From Actinomycetes bacterium (GTDB taxonomy: Bacteria; Actinomycetota; UBA4738; HRBIN12), in the NCBI GenBank assembly GCA_031423155.1, contig JANPEZ010000161.1:13312-77311 (forward strand): a stretch of DNA of 64,000 nt, in the 5' to 3' direction. The translations under genes and the position numbers were made by a program. The notes below the pieces were generated by a model. That model did not search any database. It was given only the letters and a program-made list of their open reading frames with translations, and was not told the origin of the DNA. Below, piece after piece: positions 27,300 to 38,924 of this stretch (positions are counted from its first letter, which is position 1; every line of letters begins with the position of its first letter).

Positions 27300-28824
27300 A
27301 GAGATCCCCCCGCCGGAGGAGAGCGCTTCGAGGGAAGCGGAGGTTTTCAAGGCTCGCCGTGACAGTCTCAACCGGCTGCGCGCCGCCGGCGTCGAGCCCT
27401 TCGCCCTCAACTTCGCTCCAGATTCGACCGCAGCGGAGATACACGCCGAGTTCCCGGACGGGGTCCTTGCCGACGGAGAGGACTCCTCCCGCAGCGCGAC
27501 CGTGGCCGGTCGCGTCGTGATGGCTCGCAGGATGGGCAAGCTGAACTTCCTCGTCCTTCGCGATCGAAGCGGGGATATCCAACTCTTCTGCGAAGAGGCC
27601 ACCCTGGACGAGGCCTCTCTGGCGCTGATCGATGATGTGGATCTCGGCGACATCGTCGGTGCGTCGGGAGTGGTCGTTCGGACCAAGCGCGGCGAGATCT
27701 CCGTCAAGGTCCGCGCCCTCACGATGCTGACCAAATCGCTGAGGCCGCTTCCGGAGAAATGGCACGGACTGAAGGACCCCGACCTGCAGCAGCGCCGCCG
27801 TTACCTGCACCTGATCGCCGATGAGAACCCACGGCTCTACTTCCTCGCCCGCGCGACCGCATTGAAGACGATCCGCCGCGTCCTGGACGAGCGCGGCTTC
27901 GTCGAGTTCGAGGGACCGATGCTGCAGCCCGTTGCCGGCGGCGCCAACGCGCGGCCGTTCACCACCTATCACAACGTCCTTGATACCGAGTTGAAACTGC
28001 GCATCTCGCTGGAGCTCTACCTCAAGCGCATGCTCGTGGGCGGCGTCGAGCGCATCTTCGAGATGGGTCGCAACTTCCGCAACGAGGGTATCGACCGCGA
28101 CCACAACCCCGAATTCACGATGCTCGAGGCCTATCAGGCCTACGGCGACTACGACACGATGATGGAGTTGTCCGAGGCGCTCATCGTCGAGTGCGCCCGC
28201 GCGGTGAACGTCCTCATGGGCAGAGACTCCGACTCGCTCGCGATCCCGTTCCGTGGCAGCACCGTCGACTTGACCCCGCCGTTCCGCCGGATAACCATCC
28301 TGGGGTCGGTGGGCGAGGCGGTCGGTGAACAGGTAACCCTGGATCGGCCCGACCTTGCCCGGTTAGCCGAAAGTAAGGGCGTCTCTGTCGATCCCGCCTG
28401 GGGTCCGGGCAAGATCGTGCAGGAGATGTTCGAGAAGCTGGTCGAGCCGGGCATCCAGGAGCCGACCTTCGTCTGCGACTTTCCGCGGGAGGTCTCGCCG
28501 CTGGCCAGACCACATCGGAACGATGCGGGCCTGACCGAGCACTTCGATCTGGTTATCGGTGGGCTGGAACTCGTCACGGCCTTTTCGGAACTGACCGACC
28601 CGGACGAGCAGCGGGCCAGGTTCGAGATGCAGCAGAGGGCCAAGGCCGCAGGAGACGAAGAAGCTCACCCATTGGACGAGGACTTCCTCACCGCGCTCGA
28701 ACACGGCATGCCGCCCGCGGGAGGACTTGGCCTCGGGATCGATCGGTTGCTCATGCTTCTCACGGACGCGCCATCGCTCAGGGATCTGATCATGTTTCCC
28801 TCGCAGCGCCCCGAAGAGCGCTAG
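27292..28824 (+). CDS. lysS: Lysine--tRNA ligase (class II)
   Basis: Class II motifs FRNEG, GGLGLGIDRL and an OB-fold N-terminus. The start overlaps the coaX stop. Confidence 0.9.
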   Translation: MSEEIPPPEESASREAEVFKARRDSLNRLRAAGVEPFALNFAPDSTAAEIHAEFPDGVLADGEDSSRSATVAGRVVMARRMGKLNFLVLRDRSGDIQLFCEEATLDEASLALIDDVDLGDIVGASGVVVRTKRGEISVKVRALTMLTKSLRPLPEKWHGLKDPDLQQRRRYLHLIADENPRLYFLARATALKTIRRVLDERGFVEFEGPMLQPVAGGANARPFTTYHNVLDTELKLRISLELYLKRMLVGGVERIFEMGRNFRNEGIDRDHNPEFTMLEAYQAYGDYDTMMELSEALIVECARAVNVLMGRDSDSLAIPFRGSTVDLTPPFRRITILGSVGEAVGEQVTLDRPDLARLAESKGVSVDPAWGPGKIVQEMFEKLVEPGIQEPTFVCDFPREVSPLARPHRNDAGLTEHFDLVIGGLELVTAFSELTDPDEQRARFEMQQRAKAAGDEEAHPLDEDFLTALEHGMPPAGGLGLGIDRLLMLLTDAPSLRDLIMFPSQRPEER

Positions 28825-28830
28825 CGAGCG

Positions 28831-29208
28831 CTAGTCGTCGCCGGGCTCGGCGGCCTCGTGAAGGACGATGACCAGATCGTCGAGGCCAACGCCCTTGGCG
28901 AGGAAACCCGATGCACCCGCCGCGCGAGCTTCCTTCTCGACACCGGGATCGGCGTGCGCCGTCAAGATCACGACGGGAAGGTCTGGCTGTGTCTTGTGGA
29001 TCTGCTTCATCGCGTCGATACCGGAAAGGTCGGGCATCGAAAGGTCCATCAGCACCACGTCCGGTTCGAGAGAGTCCGCCTCCTCGCATGCCGCCACACC
29101 CCCGCCGGCCTCTCCGGCGACCTCGAAACCCTCGACCATGCGAAGCGCGGATGTAAGCGCCGTACGGAAAGCTGGGTGGTCGTCCACGACCAGGACTCTC
29201 AACGTCAA
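28831..29208 (-). CDS. Single-domain CheY-like response regulator (receiver domain only)
   Basis: LRVLVVDDHP...DVVLMDLSMPD...LTAH...K. A TTG start at 29202 or 29208 is preceded by AGGAGA. The ORF track extends to 29676 with no receiver-domain similarity. Confidence 0.7.
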   Translation of the reverse strand: MTLRVLVVDDHPAFRTALTSALRMVEGFEVAGEAGGGVAACEEADSLEPDVVLMDLSMPDLSGIDAMKQIHKTQPDLPVVILTAHADPGVEKEARAAGASGFLAKGVGLDDLVIVLHEAAEPGDD

Positions 29209-29599
29209 TCGTCTCCTAACGAGGGAAGCTTCTCCGGGGGGATCGGCCGACTCGCAGCTAGGGGTATCTGCTGGAAACGATTGTGCCCGCCCCTGTAGTC
29301 CGTCACAACGCCTATCCGGGGGAGATTGCATGGCCCGAACGGGGGATGCCGCAGGTCTTATGGCCCAACCCCTAATCTTCAGCACCCGACCTTCCGAATA
29401 ACCCATTTGGAGGTACTCATGGGTGCAGATATGCAGGTTGAAGTCCGGGCTTATCGGCAGGCACGGGTATACTCCCCCGTGAAGGGCGCTGCAGGCGGCT
29501 CCTCGCGTCGACGGCACCCGGCGCACCTTGAGGGTAGGACGTGGTCCGCTGATCCTCGAGGGACCGGAACATGCGGGCTGTGGCCCGGAGGACTCTGAC

Positions 29600-32088
<2,489 letters not shown>

Positions 32089-32096
32089 GCCTGCAC

Positions 32097-32510
32097 CTAG
32101 GGGACCAGCTCGAAGCTCTCTGCGTGCCGCGGCTTGACGACCTCGAAATGGCGTCGGTCTAAGGTGGCGATGCGAGTGATATCGAGGCGTTCCGCGACGG
32201 CCACGATCGAGGCGTCCACAGTGCCGAGTGCCATGTCGCGGTAGCGCCAGACGAGCTCCGCGATCCTTTCCCAGTCGCCCGGCTCGACAGGGACCGGGAG
32301 TAGGCCGCCCGCGGCGAACTCGGCCAAAACTCTGACTTCGCCCTCTGCGCCGAGGTGCTTTTGGACGAAGTAGGCGACCTCGCCTATGACCGGTTGTGGG
32401 ACGTATAGGGGCCCCGGCTCAAAGGAGAGAAGCCTCGCGCATCTGTCGTGCGCGCTGTCGCGCCCGTCGGCGGCAGCCACGATCGGACCGGTGTCGATCA
32501 GGACTGGGAT
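32097..32510 (-). CDS. vapC: PIN-domain ribonuclease toxin VapC
   Basis: PVLIDTGPIVAAAD...VIGEVAY...LDRRHFE. No ATG, GTG or TTG start lies in frame near the beginning of the PIN domain. The start is unresolved and the ORF track extends to 32954. Confidence 0.6.
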   Translation of the reverse strand: MPVLIDTGPIVAAADGRDSAHDRCARLLSFEPGPLYVPQPVIGEVAYFVQKHLGAEGEVRVLAEFAAGGLLPVPVEPGDWERIAELVWRYRDMALGTVDASIVAVAERLDITRIATLDRRHFEVVKPRHAESFELVP

Positions 32511-32773
32511 GGATGCTCCCGGCCGAAGGCGTCGGCTTCCACCTGTGGCCAGATCTCCTTTTCCATGATCTCGTCCAGGTTCTCTGCGTTGCTGTTGTCC
32601 CTTCCGCTGTCGCCCACCCACCCGCCGAAGAGCACTCTTCGTTGTGGTCGAAGGCCCAGGTGGGACTCGAGCGCCTCGCGGGTCAGTTCCGAGATGGTCA
32701 TGCCGCGCCGCTTGGCCTCGTGACGAAGGAGCTCGTCTAGCTCGTCGGGGATCTTCACGGTCGTCCTCCTCAT
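32498..32773 (-). CDS. vapB: Ribbon-helix-helix (CopG/VapB-like) antitoxin
   Basis: MRRTTVKIPDELDELLRHEAKRRGMTISELTREALESHLG. Its stop overlaps the beginning of vapC. Confidence 0.65.
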   Translation of the reverse strand: MRRTTVKIPDELDELLRHEAKRRGMTISELTREALESHLGLRPQRRVLFGGWVGDSGRDNSNAENLDEIMEKEIWPQVEADAFGREHPSQS

Positions 32774-32889
32774 GGTATGCCAGCATATCCCGCCTTCGTG
32801 CGTGGGTCATGTGTCCATGCTCATAGCCTCCGGCACGGGGTGCTGTGACGGCGGTCACCGAACGCGGAGAAACCTGTAAACAGGTAGGC

Positions 32890-33420
32890 ATGGCTCGAGC
32901 GTTCTTGTCTCGTATGACTGCGATCGCAGCGAGCGAACTAGTGGGGTCGGCCACCTTCGAGGAGTTCTTCCTGGCGGAGCGGCAGGGCCTTTACGGCGCC
33001 CTCTGGCTCGTGACCCGCAACAAGCACGAGGCGGAGGAGATAGCCCAAGACGCCTTCCTAAAGGTGCTCGAGCACTGGGACCGGGTCGGCGAGATGGACG
33101 ATCCGACCGGCTACCTCTACCGGACCGCGATGAACCTTTGGAGGAGCCGTGGCAGGCGAGCGGCGCTGGCTCTGCGCAAGGCGGCCCATACCCTTCCGCG
33201 AGACGACGGCATCGCCGCGATCGAGGAGCGCGAGACGGTCATCCGCGCGCTGGCGCCGCTCACGCCGCGACAGCGCGCCGCGATCGTCCTGACCGACCTT
33301 CTGGGTTTCACGTCGGAAGAGGCCGCGGAAGCACTCGGCGTGCGCGCTTCGACGGTTCGCGTCCTTGCGGCCAGAGCGAGAGCGAAACTCAAAGAAGAGA
33401 TGGGAGTGAAAGATGAGTGA
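32890..33420 (+). CDS. ECF-type RNA polymerase sigma factor (sigma-70 regions 2 and 4)
   Basis: Region 2 (AEEIAQDAFLKVLEHWDR) and region 4 helix-turn-helix (RAAIVLTDLLGFTSEEAAEALGVRASTVRVLAARAR). Confidence 0.8.
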   Translation: MARAFLSRMTAIAASELVGSATFEEFFLAERQGLYGALWLVTRNKHEAEEIAQDAFLKVLEHWDRVGEMDDPTGYLYRTAMNLWRSRGRRAALALRKAAHTLPRDDGIAAIEERETVIRALAPLTPRQRAAIVLTDLLGFTSEEAAEALGVRASTVRVLAARARAKLKEEMGVKDE

Positions 33421-34243
33421 CCTACGCGAGAAGCTCGAGCGCGCCCGCGATGCAGCGCCGGCCTCGACCACAGATGTCGAGGGTCTGCGACGCCGCGGCG
33501 AGCGTAAGGCGGTTCGCCAGAAGATCGTGACGATGTCGGTTGCGCTGGTCGTCGGTCTCGGCGCCATCGGCGGAGGATTCTTCGCCCTCGCCAGAGGTGG
33601 AGGGTCAACGAAGGCCGCCGGCGAAGGCGCGGTACTGCTCACGCCCTCGGTTGATCTGTCCCTGGGGGCTGGGGAGTACTACTACATGCGTTACTCGAGT
33701 CCCGGCTGGAGCTTCCAGACTTGGTGGGCCACCGACGATTCGGGTCGCTTCGCCAAGCTCGGTGGAGATCGGGACGAAACCTTCGAGCCCGGTCGGTTCT
33801 CTTCCGACACCGGACCTAAGTCCTACCTGTCCACCGATCCGGTCGAACTCGACGAGCAGCTGAGAGAGCGAGTCAACCCCGGAGGAGCCTCGCCGGAGCC
33901 GTACGCCGACTGGGGGGGCCCGATCGAGTGGGGGCTCATCCGCTCGATCTACGAGCTGCTTACAGCGCCCGATGTGACACCGGAGCAGAAAGCCGCCTTG
34001 GTTCAAGTGGCGGCAGGCCTGGATGGTGTGGACGTCACGGGCGGTCAGCTCGATCCTCTCGGCAGACCCGCGATACTGGTGTCGAGCAACACCGAACACC
34101 GGGACAACCTCTGGTACTTCGATCCTGCGAGTTTGCAGCTGCTTGCGGTCGGCGACTCCGAGATCATCGAGAGTGCCGGCATCGCGTCCTCGACGGACTC
34201 GCAGGAACTCGAACGCGCCTTCGTTCCCGAAGCGGGCGGCTAG
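33413..34243 (+). CDS. Putative anti-sigma factor (single-pass membrane protein)
   Basis: The ATG overlaps the sigma-factor stop (ATGAGTGA). It has a charged N-terminus, one TM helix (IVTMSVALVVGLGAIGGGFFAL) and a ~200-aa extracytoplasmic domain. Confidence 0.55.
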   Translation: MSDLREKLERARDAAPASTTDVEGLRRRGERKAVRQKIVTMSVALVVGLGAIGGGFFALARGGGSTKAAGEGAVLLTPSVDLSLGAGEYYYMRYSSPGWSFQTWWATDDSGRFAKLGGDRDETFEPGRFSSDTGPKSYLSTDPVELDEQLRERVNPGGASPEPYADWGGPIEWGLIRSIYELLTAPDVTPEQKAALVQVAAGLDGVDVTGGQLDPLGRPAILVSSNTEHRDNLWYFDPASLQLLAVGDSEIIESAGIASSTDSQELERAFVPEAGG

Positions 34244-35037
34244 CGCAGGTCCCCCGGTATCAGGTCGGCGAACTCCCATGCGGTCCAGAGGTTCTGCGCC
34301 AGCTCCCCGGGATCGTTGTCCACGCCGTGCTTGGCGAACCACCCGCCGACGTTGCGAAGGTCGCGCTCCAGCAACTCGAAGGCGTTCGGGTTGAAGCGCG
34401 GATCCACCGCCTGAGGGAAGTCGATCAGGGTCAGGTTCTCCTCCCAGGCCAGGATGTTGTAGGGCGAGAGATCCGCATGAACGACGTTTGCCAGGAGCAT
34501 CGACTCCACCGCGCGAAGCACCTGGTTCCAAAGCTCATCGGCTTCCTGCCGATCGGGGCGGAGCTGCCGAAGTTGCGGAGCCGGCCCCCCCTCGTCTCCG
34601 ATGTAGGACAGCAACATGGCGTCGCCTGTGAACGCGATCGGCTCGGGGACCGGCACGCCGGCTGCGTGCAGGTCTTTGAGTACCTCCCATTCGCGTCCTT
34701 GCCAAAGGCCTTCCTCAACCGACCTGCCGAAGCGAGTCTTGCCCGACATGGCGCGCGCCGCGCGCTCGTCCAGCACGACTCGACCGGCGGTGTAGACGGC
34801 TCGGTTCTGGAAGTCTCGGTGGGTGCGCTCGCGGTAGGCCTTGACGGCGACGAGGTCTCGTTCGCCGGCGAACTCGCCGGCGGCGCAGAGCCATATCGAC
34901 GCCTCCTTCCCGGCGCTTATCTGGCGGATCACCGCGGCTATGTATCCCTCTTCGAAGAAGGGTCGTAGCAGTTCCTCGTGCAACTTGGGCCTCCCGGGCG
35001 TAGTGGTTTCGGCGATCGTGCGCGCGCCCCGGGGCAT
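34240..35037 (-). CDS. RIO-type atypical serine protein kinase
   Basis: RIO motifs ISAGKEASIWL (STGKEA-like), VHADLSPYNIL and LIDFPQAVD. Confidence 0.7.
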   Translation of the reverse strand: MPRGARTIAETTTPGRPKLHEELLRPFFEEGYIAAVIRQISAGKEASIWLCAAGEFAGERDLVAVKAYRERTHRDFQNRAVYTAGRVVLDERAARAMSGKTRFGRSVEEGLWQGREWEVLKDLHAAGVPVPEPIAFTGDAMLLSYIGDEGGPAPQLRQLRPDRQEADELWNQVLRAVESMLLANVVHADLSPYNILAWEENLTLIDFPQAVDPRFNPNAFELLERDLRNVGGWFAKHGVDNDPGELAQNLWTAWEFADLIPGDLR

Positions 35038-35206
35038 GAAGAAGGCCGCCCGAGCGGGCGGCCGGTGTACCTAGGTGGTGAGGTACCGCTAGCCGACAGC
35101 TTTCCAGGGACGCGTGTATGCGGTCATGACCGTCTCGGACTTGCGCATGTGTGCTTCCCTCCTTCGCTGTCGGGGTGGCGTTGCCACCGCCTTGGAGTAT
35201 CGCGGC

Positions 35207-35563
35207 TCAGCCGGCCGGTCGCAACCTGGGGTCGCCCTCGTCCAGGGAGACGATCGATTCGATGATCGACAGGGGTATGTGCGTCACGGCGCGGAAACCG
35301 TCGCCGTCGGGCAGAACCTCTTGTGCGACCGAGAGGAAGCGGGGGCCCTCGCTGACCAGGAATCCGACCGTCTTGACCAGGTAGTCCGGCCTCGAGTCGT
35401 CGATCGTGGGCTGATCGAAATCGAACCAGGCGTCGTGCCATGAGACGAGAACCAAGGGGAAGGCGTCCTCGTCGGCGTCCTCGGCGGGCTCGGGCTCGTA
35501 GTGTTCGGTGAAGCTCGGTTCGGGTTCTGAGAACCCTTCGTTGTCGACCCTGACGACCCGCAC
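35207..35563 (-). CDS. Acidic hypothetical protein (118 aa)
   Basis: GTG start with a strong GGAAGGAGG ribosome-binding site 8 nt upstream. GC is very high at third codon positions. Confidence 0.55.
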   Translation of the reverse strand: MRVVRVDNEGFSEPEPSFTEHYEPEPAEDADEDAFPLVLVSWHDAWFDFDQPTIDDSRPDYLVKTVGFLVSEGPRFLSVAQEVLPDGDGFRAVTHIPLSIIESIVSLDEGDPRLRPAG

Positions 35564-35745
35564 TGCCGGCGCCTCCTTCCTATTGCTGACTTATCGGCAT
35601 CCGTCGCCCCGGAAGAAGTCGGGGCGGCAGGAATCTTCCCTAACTGGCCAACTCGGGCCCTTAGACCTAGCCCCGCCCGATCCTAGCGAGGGGGTATGAC
35701 ACGACCCCAGTCGGGCGTGTCAGAGCCGGGGAGTAGGGTCCGACC

Positions 35746-37056
35746 ATGACCAAGGTGAAGACGGTTCACGCCTGCTCGGACTGCGGCCAACAGGTTGCGA
35801 AGTGGGCCGGAAGGTGTCCAGGATGTGACTCCTGGGGGACGATCCAGGAGGTCCGTGGAGGCTCCCGCGCGACCGGTGGCGCCTACTCGGCGCCCGAGAC
35901 CCTCTCCGCCGCAACTGATGTGGAAAGGCGGGTCTCCGTCGGGATCGCCGGCGTCGACCGGGTTCTGGGCGGCGGGCTCGTGCCCTCCTCTGTCGCGCTG
36001 CTGGCGGGGGAGCCCGGCATCGGCAAGTCCACCCTGCTGTTGCACCTGATCGCTGCCCTTGCCGGAGCGGGTCACCCCTGCCTGCTGGTCTCGGGCGAAG
36101 AGTCCCATGGCCAGGTGGCGGCCAGGGCCCGCCGGCTCGGCATCGACGGCGACACCATCTCCTTCGCTCCGGGCCGGGACCTGGAGCACGTGCTCGAGGT
36201 CGCCCGGGCCTTCAAACCCTTCCTGCTGGCGGTCGACTCCATCCAAACGCTTCGGGATACGGCCGGATCTCAGATGCCGGGTGGCCCTTCGCAGGTCCGG
36301 GTCTGTACCGACGCCCTCGTGGGACTGGCCAAGTCCGAGGGCATAGCCGTCCTCCTGACCGGGCACGTGACCAAGGACGGGGACCTGGCCGGGCCCAGGA
36401 CGCTCGAGCATGCTGTCGACGTCGTCATGTCCTTCGATGGGGACCCACGCTCGGGGCTCAGGATGCTCTCCGGAGGGAAGAACCGCTTCGGGACCGAGGG
36501 CGAAACAGCCTGGTTCGAGATGAGGCTCGACGGACTCCACGAGATCGATCCGATGGGGTTACTGGTCTCGGGCGAACGGGAGGCGGGAGCGGCAACCGCG
36601 CTCCCGCAGGCCGGCCGGCGTGCGTTCGCGCTCGAGGTCCAGGCGCTGGTGGGGGCCGGGGACGGTCCCGCCCGCCGTCAGGCCACCGGGATCGACGGGC
36701 GGCGCTTCCAGCTCGTGGCAGCCGTCCTGGACCGAGCGGTCGGCCTGCCCCTGGGGCGCTCGGAGCTCTTCGGAGCCTCAGCAGGGGGAGTCAAGGTCGA
36801 CGACCCGGCCTGTGACCTGGCGATCGCGGCAGCTCTGGCCTCGGCAGCAACCGGAGTTCCTCCCCCCGAGGGGGCGGCCTTCGTGGGCGAAGTCACGCTC
36901 ACCGGTCTGGTCCGGCCGGCACCGGCGATGGCTCAGAGACTCGCGGCGGCCAAAGCTGCCGGGTGTGACCGGGTGTTCGCCCCAGATCCCGGTGGAAGGG
37001 ACCCGGCCCTACAGGGGGTTCGCCACGTCAAGGACGCCCTCCGATGGTGCCTCTGA
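35746..37056 (+). CDS. radA: DNA repair protein RadA/Sms
   Basis: N-terminal zinc finger CSDCG...CPGC, Walker A GEPGIGKST, KNRFG motif, and a Lon-like C-terminus. Confidence 0.9.
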   Translation: MTKVKTVHACSDCGQQVAKWAGRCPGCDSWGTIQEVRGGSRATGGAYSAPETLSAATDVERRVSVGIAGVDRVLGGGLVPSSVALLAGEPGIGKSTLLLHLIAALAGAGHPCLLVSGEESHGQVAARARRLGIDGDTISFAPGRDLEHVLEVARAFKPFLLAVDSIQTLRDTAGSQMPGGPSQVRVCTDALVGLAKSEGIAVLLTGHVTKDGDLAGPRTLEHAVDVVMSFDGDPRSGLRMLSGGKNRFGTEGETAWFEMRLDGLHEIDPMGLLVSGEREAGAATALPQAGRRAFALEVQALVGAGDGPARRQATGIDGRRFQLVAAVLDRAVGLPLGRSELFGASAGGVKVDDPACDLAIAAALASAATGVPPPEGAAFVGEVTLTGLVRPAPAMAQRLAAAKAAGCDRVFAPDPGGRDPALQGVRHVKDALRWCL

Positions 37057-37224
37057 CCTGTGGAAAACCTCCGAAACAGACCTTCGGCCTAGACCCCCAG
37101 GACAGGGCCTGGTGGTGGAAAGTGGCCGCTGACCTGGGGTTTTGCCTTGCGCTGGAAGGGCCCCTCGTGCTATCTTCTCTAACTAGTCAACAGTTTTCCG
37201 GCCCGCTTCGACCTGGGAGGTTCC

Positions 37225-37734
37225 GTGTTCCGTAAGGGCGACACAGTTGTGCATCCAGAGCACGGGGCCGCGATCATCGAAGAGCTGCGAGACAGGGAAT
37301 TCCTAGGCGAGAAACGCAAGTACCTTGTGCTCAGGGTCGCCTACGGCGATCTGACGCTCATGATCCCCGTCGATAGCACCGAAGAGGTAGGTCTTCGCCA
37401 GGTCGTTAGCAAGAGCGAAGTCAAGAAGGTTCTGGCCGTCCTTCGTGAAGACGAGTCGGTGATGGCCGCCAACTGGAGCCGCCGCTTCAAGAACAACATG
37501 GAGAAGCTCCACTCCGGCGATCCCTACCAAGTGGCGGAAGTCCTGCGTAACCTCGCGATCCGCGAGCGTGAGAAGGGTCTGTCCGCCGGCGAGAAGCGCA
37601 TGATCCAGAAGGCCCGTCAGATCCTCATCTCGGAGCTTTCCTATGCGACTGGAAAGTCCGAGGAGGACGCCGAGACGATGATCGACGACGTGCTCGATGA
37701 CGCGCACGGTGGCGCCGTCGCCGCCGAAGCCTGA
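37225..37734 (+). CDS. carD: CarD-family transcriptional regulator (RNA polymerase-binding)
   Basis: MFRKGDTVVHPEHGAAIIEELRDREFLGEKRKYLVL..., CdnL/CarD N-terminal TRCF-like domain. Confidence 0.85.
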   Translation: MFRKGDTVVHPEHGAAIIEELRDREFLGEKRKYLVLRVAYGDLTLMIPVDSTEEVGLRQVVSKSEVKKVLAVLREDESVMAANWSRRFKNNMEKLHSGDPYQVAEVLRNLAIREREKGLSAGEKRMIQKARQILISELSYATGKSEEDAETMIDDVLDDAHGGAVAAEA

Positions 37735-37836
37735 GGCACGAGCACGCCATCCCGGCTACTCCGGGAGGTTCGAAAGACTGCCGATGCACCCTTCGGTACG
37801 CTTGTGCAAACCCATGCGACCAGGCAGCCTGAACCC

Positions 37837-38919
37837 ATGACCTCGGCGAAGCGACGTGTACGCGAGCAAGGAGAGCGCCCGGGTGGGCGCCTGATCGAGG
37901 GCGTTCGCCTGATCTTCGTCGCCCTGCTGGGCGCCGCCGGCTATCAGATCGGCACTCACGCTCAGCTGAACCCGAACACGACCCGGACACTCCTGTCGGT
38001 ATTCCTCGGAGCCGCCAGCGGATACGTGATCGGGGGGATCATGGGCCGCCTGACCTTCCGAGCGGTCACCGGGATGGAGAAGGAACTTCGGCGCACGCCG
38101 GCCGCGGCACTGGCCGCCGGAACCGCGGGTCTGATCGGCGGGCTCGTCGTGGCCGCGCTGCTCATGATCCCGATCTTGTTCCTGCCCGACGGTGCAGCCT
38201 GGCCCGTGATCGTCTTCATCTACTTGACCTTGGGTTCCCTCGGGTACAGGGTCGGCGTCTCCAAGTACGAAGACCTGTTCGGAGTCATCGGGCTCAAGCC
38301 GATCGCGAGCGGGGCCCAACGCGGCGATCTTCACGTCGTCGATACCAGCGCACTGATCGATGGACGCATCGCCGATCTCGTTGCCACCGGTTTCATCACG
38401 GGTCCGATGCTCCTTCACGAAGGAGTGCTGAGGGAGTTGCAGTCGATCGCCGACTCATCTGATCCTCGCCGTCGCGCCCGGGGGCGCCGGGGGCTGGACA
38501 CGCTGGTCGAGCTACAGAAGTTGCCGACCGTTCAGATCAACTTGGTGGAGGAAGCCGGAGTGCAGGATGTCGATGCGGCTCTGGTTCGCCTGGCTCGCGA
38601 GCGCGGCGGGACACTGATCACCGTTGACCACAACCTGGCCAGGGTCGCCGAGGCACTGCGGGTACCGGTCGCCCAGATCAATGCACTGGCATCGAAGTTC
38701 CGCGTTCCCTACACGGCCGGCGACGAGTTGGCCGTACACCTGGTCAAGGAGGGTCGCGAGCACGGCCAGGGCGTCGGTTACCTCGACGACGGAACGATGG
38801 TCGTGGTCGAGTCGGCCAACGGACACCTCGGCAGCGACGTCACGGTCAGGATCACCAATGTCATCCAGACGACGACGGGCCGCATGCTCTTCGCCTCTCT
38901 GCCCGGAGCCGAGGACTGA
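37837..38919 (+). CDS. PIN/TRAM-domain membrane protein (YacL-like)
   Basis: N-terminal TM helices, PIN motif VVDTSALIDGRI, and a C-terminal TRAM domain (VVVESANGHLGSDVTVRITNV). It sits between radA and ispD, as yacL does in Firmicutes. Confidence 0.75.
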   Translation: MTSAKRRVREQGERPGGRLIEGVRLIFVALLGAAGYQIGTHAQLNPNTTRTLLSVFLGAASGYVIGGIMGRLTFRAVTGMEKELRRTPAAALAAGTAGLIGGLVVAALLMIPILFLPDGAAWPVIVFIYLTLGSLGYRVGVSKYEDLFGVIGLKPIASGAQRGDLHVVDTSALIDGRIADLVATGFITGPMLLHEGVLRELQSIADSSDPRRRARGRRGLDTLVELQKLPTVQINLVEEAGVQDVDAALVRLARERGGTLITVDHNLARVAEALRVPVAQINALASKFRVPYTAGDELAVHLVKEGREHGQGVGYLDDGTMVVVESANGHLGSDVTVRITNVIQTTTGRMLFASLPGAED

Positions 38920-38924
38920 CGCCC

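Noticed and set aside
29398-29598. A 59-codon uORF with a GGAGG ribosome-binding site ending 1 nt before the clpC ATG.
   Set aside because: GC at third codon positions is only moderate and the peptide is low-complexity. It is kept as a leader or regulatory observation rather than a CDS.
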